DNA of 64,000 nt from Bacillales bacterium UBA1744 (GTDB lineage: Bacteria > Bacillota_I > Bacilli_A > RFN20 > CAG-826): assembly GCA_002314915.1 (NCBI GenBank), contig DCHU01000029.1, positions 35,452-99,451 of the forward strand, read 5' to 3'. The notes under the pieces were generated by a model. That model was not told the origin of the DNA. It saw nothing but the letters and a program-made list of their open reading frames with translations, and searched no databases. Below are positions 25,956 through 34,574 of the stretch, one piece after another; position 1 is the stretch's first letter; each line of letters begins with the position of its first letter. The position numbers and the translations under genes were made by a program.

Positions 25956-26905
25956 TTATCCCTCCTAAAGAGAACTTCCATGGTTCCGTCGTCATTCAAC
26001 GTACCGATTTCATCTACAAATCGGTGGATGCGGCCGTCTTGGCTCTGTTCTCTTTTTAAAAATATGTAGTTCTTTATGTGCTTAGACACATCGTCTCTAA
26101 GTTCATCCGGCGAGGAACGCTTGTCTCCTTGCATACAAAGTTTGACTATACGGTTTGGCATGGACTCAAGGTTCAAGGCGTGTATGGATGAGATGAGACT
26201 GTGTCCTGATGTCGCGGACACCAAAGCGTCATACATCTCGCCACCTCTGCCCTCCGCGACCACTATGTAGTCAGGATTATTTCTTAAAGCGTTCCTTATG
26301 AGCTTAGGAAATGACGAGGTTTCGTTCTTGTCGTTTGATATCCAAACCGTTAAATCAAGATGAGGTATGGACATTATGTCCAGCTCCTCAATGTTGTCGA
26401 TTACGATGACTCTGGTGTTATCGGGCATCTTGGTTAAAAGCCATTTCTCAAGCTCGGTTTTGCCGGTTGATGTCTCTCCTCCAACGATGATGGAACCTCG
26501 GTTTCTAAGCATTTCTAGGACCAAATCCCTGCTATTTCCTAGGAAAAAGCCTTCATCTTTATCTATTTTCGATTCAAATGACTCTATTCTTAGGTCGAAC
26601 GTGAACACCTTTTCGTTGGAACTCCTTGCGATTGATTTGTAGGTGGCATTTAGCCTATAACGCCCAAAGCTGACATCTAATATCGGAGATGAATACGAGA
26701 ACTGTTTCTCTGATAGGTTGGCAACCTGACGAAGGAAATCACCAACTGTATCACTGCTTATTGCCAAATCTCCTTTGAGCCTTCCCCTCTCGCTTGTCAT
26801 ATAGAAAAGAGCGGTACCGTTATATGAGATGTCGGTTACCTCGGGAATAGAGAGGAATGGTTTTAAGAATGATTCCTCTATGTATTTGGATGTGTCCTTA
26901 TCCAT
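25952..26905 (-). CDS. Secretion ATPase of the VirB11/CpaF(TadA) class (minimal, 317 aa)
   Basis: It has Walker A IIVGGETSTGKTE, an Asp-box/Walker B region RVIVIDNIEE...PDYIVVAEGRGGE, and a His box SGHSLISSIHA. Confidence 0.8.
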   Translation of the reverse strand: MDKDTSKYIEESFLKPFLSIPEVTDISYNGTALFYMTSERGRLKGDLAISSDTVGDFLRQVANLSEKQFSYSSPILDVSFGRYRLNATYKSIARSSNEKVFTFDLRIESFESKIDKDEGFFLGNSRDLVLEMLRNRGSIIVGGETSTGKTELEKWLLTKMPDNTRVIVIDNIEELDIMSIPHLDLTVWISNDKNETSSFPKLIRNALRNNPDYIVVAEGRGGEMYDALVSATSGHSLISSIHALNLESMPNRIVKLCMQGDKRSSPDELRDDVSKHIKNYIFLKREQSQDGRIHRFVDEIGTLNDDGTMEVLFRRDK

Positions 26906-27293
26906 ATATGGCCTCCCCCTCTTTTATGTAAAAGGAAGAAACGCTCTCATAGTGGTATGTGGACAAGAAGTCTCCATAGAACGTGATATCAATCCATGTG
27001 GTTCTCCATACGCCTTCTTCGTAAAACCCATCCAACGGTTCCGTCATGAAGCTATATTTGAGCATTGGCTTGTACATATCTAGATTTGTCTTCAGGTATG
27101 TCTTTACGGTTGATTCCACAACATGTTCGTCAAAGAACGGCTTAGAGGCATCCATAACATTGACCGCCTGGCGGAATACATTCTCATCAAGACCCTGGAA
27201 CGTTCTGTCTAGAGCGCCATAACTCACGGAGAAAGAGAACATCGTGACGCTCAAGATGAAGAGCATCGTCGCTAATAACATATTTGCCATCAT
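26898..27293 (-). CDS. Small N-terminally anchored protein of the Tad-like operon
   Basis: I trimmed the start to ATGATG, which overlaps the upstream TGA (ATGA at 27290-27293), with GGGAGAGA as RBS. The N-terminal TM is MMANMLLATMLFILSVTMFSF. I found no recognisable domain. Confidence 0.55.
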   Translation of the reverse strand: MMANMLLATMLFILSVTMFSFSVSYGALDRTFQGLDENVFRQAVNVMDASKPFFDEHVVESTVKTYLKTNLDMYKPMLKYSFMTEPLDGFYEEGVWRTTWIDITFYGDFLSTYHYESVSSFYIKEGEAIYG

Positions 27294-28360
27294 TCTCTCC
27301 CTACACAATATGTGGACGATATGCAGGATCCGATGAAGTTCTTGGTCTTGGTTACTTCAAACTGATACACCCATTTGTCAAGTTGGTTTGGACCGGTGTC
27401 TATTACTTCTAATATGCACTTGAAAACCTTGGCCTCACCCGCCTCAACCGGAGGGAAGTACAGATCGTTGGTGTACAAATCGGTATCGTTTTTGTCCTCC
27501 ATGCGTTTCATCGTTCTTCCATCCATTGTGACCGCGTATGTGTCCCGGAGTTGGAAGGTGTACATCTCGTTGTCATCGGACTCCACTATCTCAACCGGAA
27601 TCTGTCTCCATGACGTATATCCATCCGTTTCCAAAGGAAAAATATCAAAATCGCTGAGATAATTCGTGATTTTGATATAAGCGTTTCGGTATAACGGCAT
27701 CACAAGTTCTTTCTTATAGTCAAGAACGCCTATCTGAAGTTGATTAAAAGGCAGGCGATTCTTATCAGGATTCTTAAACTCTTTTACAAACCCTTCATGC
27801 TTTATTGTGTACGCGTTCTGATAGACGGTATGATCGCTCACGCTTGCACCCGTGAAGGCGTCTTTATCTCTTTTTAAATCTCCTTCGGTTGTTAAGTCCC
27901 ATGTCCTTGGGCTTTGAACATCGAGTCTGAAATAGGAAACGAATGTAGCGCTCTTTGTGCCATCGGCATTCGTCTCTCTGTTATATAGCCAGAACTTGTT
28001 TCCGGTCGCATTGATCATTTTCCTATCAACCGTAATCGATAGAGTCTTTGTTCCTTTGGCGAATATGGTCACTTTCATCCACATGGTGTCCCTGTAGACA
28101 AAAGAGGTTGGAAACTTGCCGTCGTTGTGGAATTCGGGTGTTGATTCAACGAGGCTGTTATTGAAAACGATGTAGAATTCGTGCGTTCCTTTTCTGACGG
28201 CTTTAAGTTTGATGTCCAGATTAAAATCCTGGTCATTATTTGGAATGCAGCCTATCTCCTGATCGTCTAAGAATGCCGTTTGGGTAACCGTATCTGTCGC
28301 GGTGGTCGCAAAGCATCCGAGGAACATCGAACCAATTAAAGATACCATTGAAAATCTCAT
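27290..28360 (-). CDS. Secreted or lipoprotein-like protein, first gene of the Tad-like operon
   Basis: The signal-like N-terminus MRFSMVSLIGSMFLGC carries a borderline lipobox. RBS AGGGAGA lies upstream. I recognised no family. Confidence 0.55.
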   Translation of the reverse strand: MRFSMVSLIGSMFLGCFATTATDTVTQTAFLDDQEIGCIPNNDQDFNLDIKLKAVRKGTHEFYIVFNNSLVESTPEFHNDGKFPTSFVYRDTMWMKVTIFAKGTKTLSITVDRKMINATGNKFWLYNRETNADGTKSATFVSYFRLDVQSPRTWDLTTEGDLKRDKDAFTGASVSDHTVYQNAYTIKHEGFVKEFKNPDKNRLPFNQLQIGVLDYKKELVMPLYRNAYIKITNYLSDFDIFPLETDGYTSWRQIPVEIVESDDNEMYTFQLRDTYAVTMDGRTMKRMEDKNDTDLYTNDLYFPPVEAGEAKVFKCILEVIDTGPNQLDKWVYQFEVTKTKNFIGSCISSTYCVGRE

Positions 28361-28440
28361 AAAAATTTCTCCCTACACTAATAAGTAGCGGTGAAATTCG
28401 ATTTTTTTCCCAAAAAGTTATTATTTTTGCGAAATATTTA

Positions 28441-28446
28441 TATAAT
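28441..28446 (+). promoter_or_regulatory. -10 box giving leaderless gmk mRNA
   Basis: TATAAT is followed by 6 nt (GTTGGC) and then the ATG at 28453. There is no SD, and the -35 is weak. Confidence 0.5.
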
Positions 28447-28452
28447 GTTGGC

Positions 28453-28995
28453 ATGATTATCCTCGTTGGAGCCTCCGCTAGCGGAAAAACTGAAGTTGCT
28501 AAACTCTTGAGAGTGAAGCACGGAATCGTTAAGGCCATCACCACTACCACTAGAACAATCCGTCCTAGCGAGACTGATGGAGTTGACTACTTTTTCTTAA
28601 CCAAAGAGCAGTTCTTGGAGTTAAAAGAGAAGGACAATTTCGTTGAGACGACCTTATATAACGGCAACTACTATGGCTGTTCTAAGTCACAGGTTGCGGA
28701 TGATAAGGCGGTCATCGTCGATCCAAATGGACTCAAGTCATTCTTGGCACTCAACAATCCAGGAGTCGTAACCTTCTACCTCACAGCAAAAGAAGAGACG
28801 CGTGGAGCGCGTATGAAGATGAGAGGCGATACCGATGAGAACATCGCTCTCAGATTGAATGGTGACAAAATCGAATTCGCACCAGAAAAAATAGCCCCTA
28901 CGGACTATGTGATTGCGACGGATGACTTATCGCTCGATGAAGTTACCGAAATCGTTTATAAAGACTATATTGAGGCGTTAAAGAAAAGACGCTAA
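28453..28995 (+). CDS. gmk: Guanylate kinase
   Basis: It has P-loop GASASGKT, TTTRTIRPSETDGVDYFF and NGNYYG. Confidence 0.8.
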   Translation: MIILVGASASGKTEVAKLLRVKHGIVKAITTTTRTIRPSETDGVDYFFLTKEQFLELKEKDNFVETTLYNGNYYGCSKSQVADDKAVIVDPNGLKSFLALNNPGVVTFYLTAKEETRGARMKMRGDTDENIALRLNGDKIEFAPEKIAPTDYVIATDDLSLDEVTEIVYKDYIEALKKRR

Positions 28996-29000
28996 GAACT

Positions 29001-29024
29001 GGGCCGTTAGGCTCTTTTCTTTTG
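29001..29024 (+). terminator. Weak terminator after gmk
   Basis: GGGCC gtta GGCTC is followed by TTTTCTTTTG. Confidence 0.45.
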
Positions 29025-29030
29025 CGTCTA

Positions 29031-30329
29031 TTAATCGTTGTCTTTGCGTCTTCTTGCGTAATAGTGGACTGAGCACTCCTCTACGGTGAACTCGGTTGCT
29101 TTCGTGACAATCAACTCTATTGTGCCGTACTTAATCTTGTCGCCGACTCTAGCGAATTTCTCGAGTCTATCGTTAATCCAACCGGATAATGTGGAATAAT
29201 CCTCATTAAGTTCTTCATCATCCATGTGGAATCTGTTGAAGAAATCGGTGATGTTCATCATGCCTTTGACGATATAGATGTTTCTCTTGTTAGTCTTCTT
29301 GACTGCGTCATCGACGATTTCTGACTCATCCCACATCTCTCCGACAAGCTCTTCGAGAATATCTTCGAGAGTGATGATACCTTCGGTACCTCCGAATTCA
29401 TCTCTAACTACAGCGATGTGGTTATGGGAGTCTTTCATCATTGCCATGACGAAGGAGATGGTCATGGTTCTTGGAACCGAGATCAATGGGAGGAGGATTG
29501 ATTTCACATCAACCGTTCTCTCTTTGACGAGTTTTCTTAAAAGAGTCTTAACCGGGATGAAGCCGATGATGTGGTCAAGATTCTCCTTATAGACAGGGAT
29601 TCTCGAGTGTTTAAAGACATCTTCTTGCTTCAGGAATTCCTGGAATGATGTTTCGATATCGTAGGCAAAGACCTTAACGCGAGGAGTCATGATTTCATAA
29701 CATGATGTCTCTTTGAAGTCGATTGACTTGGAGAGGAGCTCACTCTGATCGTGGTCAATGATGCCTTCGCGTTCAATCTCGTCGACCATGGCCTGAAGTT
29801 CATCATCAGATGCAACGGATTCTTCGCCATCATCAGCCTTTTCGATGAGCGGAGATGTGATGAGTTGAGCGAACTTGTTGGTTGGCCAAACGAATGGTAA
29901 GAAGAGTTTTCTAATCACCATAACAAATGGCGAGAAGAACTTCGCGAATGCGTATGAATGGGATTTGGCAATCTCTTTAGGGAAGATTTCTCCGAAGATT
30001 AAAACGACCACTAAGAGAATACCTGCACCAATTACCTCTGCAGTATCAGCGTCAATTGAGGTGCTTCCTGTCTTATTTAAGACGGAAACCGCAAGGAATG
30101 TGACGATAGATGAGGCGAGGATGTTGACAAAGTCATTACCAAATAAGATTGAGGCAATCGTCGTCTCATAGTCCTCTACGCACCTGAGTGCGCGCTTAGC
30201 GCCTTTGCTTGTTTTAGCGTGTCTCTTGAGTTTGAGGATGTTGACGCTTGAGTAAGCCATATCCATCGCTGAGAACATGGCGGAGAAGACGATACAGACA
30301 GCGATGATTACTGAATACACGATAATCAT
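29031..30329 (-). CDS. CNNM/CorC-family protein (DUF21 + CBS pair + CorC_HlyC)
   Basis: It has a four-TM DUF21 N-terminus, a CBS region (EIMTPRVKVF...HIAVVRDEFGGTEGIITLEDILEELVGE) and a C-terminal transporter-associated domain. Confidence 0.8.
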   Translation of the reverse strand: MIIVYSVIIAVCIVFSAMFSAMDMAYSSVNILKLKRHAKTSKGAKRALRCVEDYETTIASILFGNDFVNILASSIVTFLAVSVLNKTGSTSIDADTAEVIGAGILLVVVLIFGEIFPKEIAKSHSYAFAKFFSPFVMVIRKLFLPFVWPTNKFAQLITSPLIEKADDGEESVASDDELQAMVDEIEREGIIDHDQSELLSKSIDFKETSCYEIMTPRVKVFAYDIETSFQEFLKQEDVFKHSRIPVYKENLDHIIGFIPVKTLLRKLVKERTVDVKSILLPLISVPRTMTISFVMAMMKDSHNHIAVVRDEFGGTEGIITLEDILEELVGEMWDESEIVDDAVKKTNKRNIYIVKGMMNITDFFNRFHMDDEELNEDYSTLSGWINDRLEKFARVGDKIKYGTIELIVTKATEFTVEECSVHYYARRRKDND

Positions 30330-31354
30330 TATTTGCCCTCCTCTCCGAGAGTGTTCCTCTCATTGATTGGACCGACGAGTTCCTCAAGAACGTCTTCCAT
30401 GGTGACCATGCCGATAAGCTCCTTGTCTTTCATGACATAGGCGATCTGGGTGTGATGGTCCTTAAAGCCGTCGACTAAATCATCCATCTTAATGGAAGGT
30501 GAGACGATGTATGGCTTCTGGATATAGTCTTTGAGTTTGATATTTGGGTTCTTGAGATAGGCCGCAAGGAAGTTCTTTACGATGATCGTGCCGATGATTC
30601 TGTTTTTCTCACCGAAATAGACCGGGATACGGGAGTACTTGGTTGAGCAGATTATCTCAGCGAGTTTTGAGTTTGTGAGGCCCTGGATGTCTATTTCAAA
30701 CATCTTATTTGGTCTTGTGAGAACTTCTTTGACCGATGTATCGGTAAAGTCGAATGAAGCCTGGATTAAATCGGACTCATTCTCTTCGAGAAGACCTTCT
30801 TTTTCGTTAAGGTCAAGAACGGAGTTGAAATCGGATTCCGTGAATTCCTCTTCTCCTTTTGAACCGGTGATCTTCTTAGCGAGGGCGATTAAACCTCTAA
30901 AGATGATGGAAATCGGATAGAAAAGAATGATGAAGAATGAAAGAGGGTAGCAAAGAATGGAGGCCATTCTGTTAGGAATTCTCTTGGAAACCTGCTTTGG
31001 AATTGTTTCCGAGAAAATATAAACGATGATGGTCATCACGATTGATGCGATGAGGGAGGTTAACCAATCAAGGTTCTCTCCAAGGCCTAACCAGAACGTG
31101 AATAATGCAGTTGAGATTGTTGATAAAAGAACCGCCGCAACGTTTGTGCCGATAAGGATTGATACGAGTGACTGCTCATAGTGTTTTCTGACCCACAAAA
31201 CTATTTTTGCGGTCTTGCTTCCGTCATCCGCTTTAGTTTCGAAACGATACTTGTTTAAGCAAGAAAAAGCAGTCTCAGAGGCTGCAAAGAAACTAGATAC
31301 AATTACAAGAATTATGATTATCCCAATATATATGGGCCAACTGTCAGGGTTCAA
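30329..31354 (-). CDS. CNNM-family protein (DUF21 + CBS pair, no CorC_HlyC domain)
   Basis: It is a paralogue of the downstream gene (VKEVLTRPNKMF...QIAYVMKDKELIGMVTMEDVLEELVG). The start is TTG, 8 nt after AAGGAGA. Its stop abuts the next start. Confidence 0.75.
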   Translation of the reverse strand: MNPDSWPIYIGIIIILVIVSSFFAASETAFSCLNKYRFETKADDGSKTAKIVLWVRKHYEQSLVSILIGTNVAAVLLSTISTALFTFWLGLGENLDWLTSLIASIVMTIIVYIFSETIPKQVSKRIPNRMASILCYPLSFFIILFYPISIIFRGLIALAKKITGSKGEEEFTESDFNSVLDLNEKEGLLEENESDLIQASFDFTDTSVKEVLTRPNKMFEIDIQGLTNSKLAEIICSTKYSRIPVYFGEKNRIIGTIIVKNFLAAYLKNPNIKLKDYIQKPYIVSPSIKMDDLVDGFKDHHTQIAYVMKDKELIGMVTMEDVLEELVGPINERNTLGEEGK

Positions 31355-31418
31355 CTACGTATTCTCCTTGTCGGATAACCGACTGCAATATATTAGCAAA
31401 GATTTCAGCATAATAAAA

Positions 31419-31443
31419 GCACCCCTCCTAGAAGGAAGGGTGC
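31419..31443 (-). terminator. Terminator after the repeat-protein gene
   Basis: The minus strand reads GCACCCTTCCTTCTAGGAGGGGTGC followed by TTTTATT. Confidence 0.75.
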
Positions 31444-31456
31444 AATTAGTTAAGGA

Positions 31457-33631
31457 TTATTCCTCGTCAGCGTCTTCGTCGTCGCCACCCTGAGGCTTAT
31501 AGTTCTTAAGCTCTTCAGCGTAGTTTGCTTCAACGATGTCACCCTGAACGAGAGGCTCATTGTCTCCCTGCTTAGCGGTGCATGCCATGTCGATGAGCTG
31601 TTTTGCTCTCTTCATCGAGAGTCCGCTCTTGACCTTGAAGCAGCATGGAATGTCTTTGTAGATATTCTTTGCGCTTGCATCGATGACTGGGATTGGTGAA
31701 TCTGCGAAGTCATTTGGGTTGAGAGCTAAGTATAACTTAAGTCCCTTACCTGCGACTGTGACTTTGCAGTATGTTGTGCAGCTTAATCTGAATGTGTCAC
31801 CTGAATTTGAGAGTCTGCTCTTTAATCCATAGGATAAGAGGTATGCCTTGATCTCGTTGTAGTTGTCTAAGAGTGACTGATCGCATTCTGCAAAGCGGTC
31901 TGCGAATGTCTTTCTTTCATAGACGACTGCTGGAGCCGGTTCTTCAACGACAGGCTCTGGCTCTGGTGCTGGCTCTTCAACAACTGGCTCAGGCTCTGGC
32001 TCTGGTGCTGGCTCTGGTGCAGGTGCTGGAGCTGGTGTTAATAAAGCGATTTCCTCACGGATGATTGCGCGGATGTCTTCGCTTGAGAGTGCTGGAGCTG
32101 GCTCTGGTGCTGGCTCTTCTTCAGCAGCTTTCTTTTCGATTTCCTCAGAGACGATGACTCTGATTTCTTCTGCTGTTAAGACTGAATCTGCGATAGCTTT
32201 GATTGCTTCGTTCTGTCTTTCTTCGACTGCCTTCTGAGCTTCTTCCTTTTCAGCATCCTTAGCTGACTGAGCAGCGAATGCGTCATTGATGACTGAACGG
32301 ATGTCATCGAGAGAGATAGCTGGAGCAGGTGCTGGTTCTTCAACGACAGGCTCTGGCTCTGGCTCTGGTGCTGGCTCTGGCTCTGGTGCTGGAGCTGGGA
32401 CTAATGCCTGGATTTCTTCGCGGATGATAGCGCGGAGATCATCGCCTGTTAATGTGTCGTCTTCGACGACTGGTTCTTCTTCAACTGGTTCTTCTTCAAC
32501 AGCTGGAGTTGCTCCTGCATAGTATGCATCGAGTTCCTTGCGGACGAGGTCACGAGCTTCGTCGTCTGTTAATGGACGATCGTTCTCTGGGTGATCATGG
32601 TCATCAAGAGCTTCTGCGATGATTTCGCGGAGTTCTTTTGCTGTTAATGGTCTGTTGTCTTCTTCAACAACAGGCTCTGGTGCTGGAGCAGGTGCTGGAG
32701 CTGGTTCTTCCTTCTTCTCCTCTGGCTGTGGATATGGATAGTATGGAGGGAATGGTGGATATGGGTATGGGTATGGAGCATACTGAACTGGAGCTGGCTG
32801 AGCTGCTGGAGCTGGTCCTGCGCAGTAGAAATTCTGGACGATCTGAGGTCCGTTCTTTCCTGGGACTTCTGCCTGTCCTGCTTTAGCAAGTTCATCATAC
32901 TGAGCTGCCTTGAGAGCTGCTTCGTCTGCTGCCTTGTCTTCTTCTTTTGCTTCTTCTGCAACTGGTTCGTCAGACTTGACTTCGCCAAGCTTAGCGTTCT
33001 TAGCTGCTTTAGCTTCTTTTGCCTTCTTGACTCTCTTCTTGCCGTTTTTAACAGCGTCAGCGAGTGACTGGAATTCATAAACGACTGCGATGATTAAAGC
33101 AACAGCAGCGAGGATGAATGGGAGAGCTGTGTAAAGCATCTGGACAACAACTTTGAGTTTCTCAACGAACGTTCCAGATAATGGGAGAGCACCCTTAATG
33201 ATAGACGAGAGTGTTGCTGATGGAGCGATTGCGCCTGCAGTGATTGCTGACAAAAGGATTGTGTATGCTGCTGCAGATGTAATGAGATAGAGGATTGTGC
33301 AGACTGTGCCTGATCCACGTCTCTTTGCGATGAATCCGATGAACTGGATTAACCAGACGATGACGAGGAAGATTAATCCTCCGAATGCGACCCAAGCACC
33401 GATCTTTCCGAATGTGACTGTGCCTGCGGAACCTGTGAATCCTAAAGCCGCGAATAAGTTCATAAAGGTTGCTGGAACAGCCTTAATGATTGAGAGTAGC
33501 GCTCTAGGTTCTGACTTGATGAGCGAGATGTTCTTTCCTGCAATCTGGAGTGGAGTGAGGAAGAGAACTAATGCTGCTAATCCGACAAGAACTAGTGCTA
33601 CTATGGCATTTACAATAGATTTTTTCTTCAT
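31457..33631 (-). CDS. Membrane protein with long Pro/Glu/Ala-rich repeat region and conserved C-terminal globular domain, unknown function
   Basis: I trimmed the track ORF to the ATG at 33631 (MKKKSIVNAIVALVLVGLAAL; RBS AGAGGT). It has about 5 N-terminal TMs. Six amphipathic modules (for example DDLRAIIREEIQAL and SEDIRAIIREEIALL) are separated by (PA/PE)n linkers. The C-terminal domain is YERKTFADRF...KVKSGLSMKRAKQLIDMA. Confidence 0.7.
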   Translation of the reverse strand: MKKKSIVNAIVALVLVGLAALVLFLTPLQIAGKNISLIKSEPRALLSIIKAVPATFMNLFAALGFTGSAGTVTFGKIGAWVAFGGLIFLVIVWLIQFIGFIAKRRGSGTVCTILYLITSAAAYTILLSAITAGAIAPSATLSSIIKGALPLSGTFVEKLKVVVQMLYTALPFILAAVALIIAVVYEFQSLADAVKNGKKRVKKAKEAKAAKNAKLGEVKSDEPVAEEAKEEDKAADEAALKAAQYDELAKAGQAEVPGKNGPQIVQNFYCAGPAPAAQPAPVQYAPYPYPYPPFPPYYPYPQPEEKKEEPAPAPAPAPEPVVEEDNRPLTAKELREIIAEALDDHDHPENDRPLTDDEARDLVRKELDAYYAGATPAVEEEPVEEEPVVEDDTLTGDDLRAIIREEIQALVPAPAPEPEPAPEPEPEPVVEEPAPAPAISLDDIRSVINDAFAAQSAKDAEKEEAQKAVEERQNEAIKAIADSVLTAEEIRVIVSEEIEKKAAEEEPAPEPAPALSSEDIRAIIREEIALLTPAPAPAPEPAPEPEPEPVVEEPAPEPEPVVEEPAPAVVYERKTFADRFAECDQSLLDNYNEIKAYLLSYGLKSRLSNSGDTFRLSCTTYCKVTVAGKGLKLYLALNPNDFADSPIPVIDASAKNIYKDIPCCFKVKSGLSMKRAKQLIDMACTAKQGDNEPLVQGDIVEANYAEELKNYKPQGGDDEDADEE
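31925..32830 (-). repeat. Intragenic coding repeats (hexamer-periodic GCTCTG/GTGCTG tracts; ~396-bp spaced duplicated block)
   Basis: The exact 29-mer GGTTCTTCAACGACAGGCTCTGGCTCTGG occurs at 31938 and again at 32334. Both copies are followed by (GGCTCT/GGTGCT)n and by a GATTTC..CGGATGAT.GCGCGGA block. Confidence 0.8.
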
Positions 33632-33711
33632 AGTATTACCTCTTTTGCCTTTATATAATACACACGCACACAAAAAAGAAAAGCGCAATTTATCACATTT
33701 TTGCAAAGTTT

Positions 33712-34557
33712 CTATTTAAAAAGTGCTCGAATTGCGTGTTTTTCTGTATCAATAATTGCGTTTCCGGAAAGGAATTCCTCTCCATCTATACACCACGTTA
33801 GATTATCACCTTTTACGAGGATTTCTAAATGTTCGCTTGTTTTCATATATACATTTTTCTTGGTAGCATACGAACATAAACCGTTAAACATTTTTCCGCG
33901 CGAAACAAACAAATCTAACAAACCGTCATCTCTTTTTCCCAGTTTATTAACCTTAAATCCACCAACATATGGACCGTTCAAAACCATGATGAAACCGGCA
34001 GTTCCTTTTTCTTCAAAAATTTCGTATTTTATTGCAACTTTTTTGAATAAAGCCTTAAACGCAGCCCAGTAATATGAGAATTTGCCAAGACCTTTTTTCC
34101 ATCTTTTAGTTTTGTAGGAGATATCTGAGTAGGCTCCCACTGCCGCCATATAACTGAAATATTTGGATGTGCCCTCAACCGTTATCTTTCCGATATCGCA
34201 AGGTTTGACGTTCATCCTCTTGATTGTCTTGATGCTCTTCTTGATGCTCTTCGTTATACCGAATAAACGACCAGCATCGCCGAGCGTTCCGTTGTTGATA
34301 TAGCCAATGACTGGCCTAGCCTCGTTTTCCATCACGGCGTTTATGGCATTGTTGAAAGTGCCATCCCCTCCAGCGATGATGAGGACGTCATAATTCTTGT
34401 AAGCGTTCTTCTCCACCTCATAGGCCTCTTCTCTTGTGTCTGGGCATACCGTATCGAGCACTTCAAACACCGGATCAAGTTCTTTATGAGCATAAGAAAG
34501 ATAACGGGAGAAATCTCTTCTTCCGCTAGCTTTCGAATATAGGAGTAATGCTTTCAT
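33712..34557 (-). CDS. Diacylglycerol/lipid kinase (YegS/DagK family)
   Basis: It has the DAGK catalytic motif VLIIAGGDGTFNNAINAV and a typical ~280 aa length. Confidence 0.75.
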   Translation of the reverse strand: MKALLLYSKASGRRDFSRYLSYAHKELDPVFEVLDTVCPDTREEAYEVEKNAYKNYDVLIIAGGDGTFNNAINAVMENEARPVIGYINNGTLGDAGRLFGITKSIKKSIKTIKRMNVKPCDIGKITVEGTSKYFSYMAAVGAYSDISYKTKRWKKGLGKFSYYWAAFKALFKKVAIKYEIFEEKGTAGFIMVLNGPYVGGFKVNKLGKRDDGLLDLFVSRGKMFNGLCSYATKKNVYMKTSEHLEILVKGDNLTWCIDGEEFLSGNAIIDTEKHAIRALFK

Positions 34558-34563
34558 GCCACT

Positions 34564-34572
34564 AGTATAGCA
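34564..34572 (-). promoter_or_regulatory. Extended -10 box giving a leaderless lipid-kinase mRNA
   Basis: The minus strand reads TGcTATACT, then 6 nt (AGTGGC), then the ATG at 34557. No SD is present. Confidence 0.5.
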
Positions 34573-34574
34573 CT

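Noticed and set aside
27290-27292. Possibility of genetic code 4 (TGA = Trp) given the Mollicutes-like features
   Set aside because: Full-length conserved proteins are obtained with the standard code. TGA functions as the stop in an ATGA overlap here, and the only tRNA-Trp seen has anticodon CCA. A UCA tRNA elsewhere cannot be excluded.
31925-32830. CRISPR-like periodicity
   Set aside because: The periodic GCTCTGG tracts have a 6-nt period and lie inside a continuous ORF encoding (PE/PA)n. There is no repeat-spacer structure, and no cas genes are present in the window.
32286-33719. Several 60-144 aa ORFs on both strands inside the repeat-protein gene (e.g. 32644-33078, 33297-33719, 32286-32522)
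   Set aside because: These alternative frames are kept open by the GC-rich hexamer repeats (PA/PE coding). They have no independent start signals.
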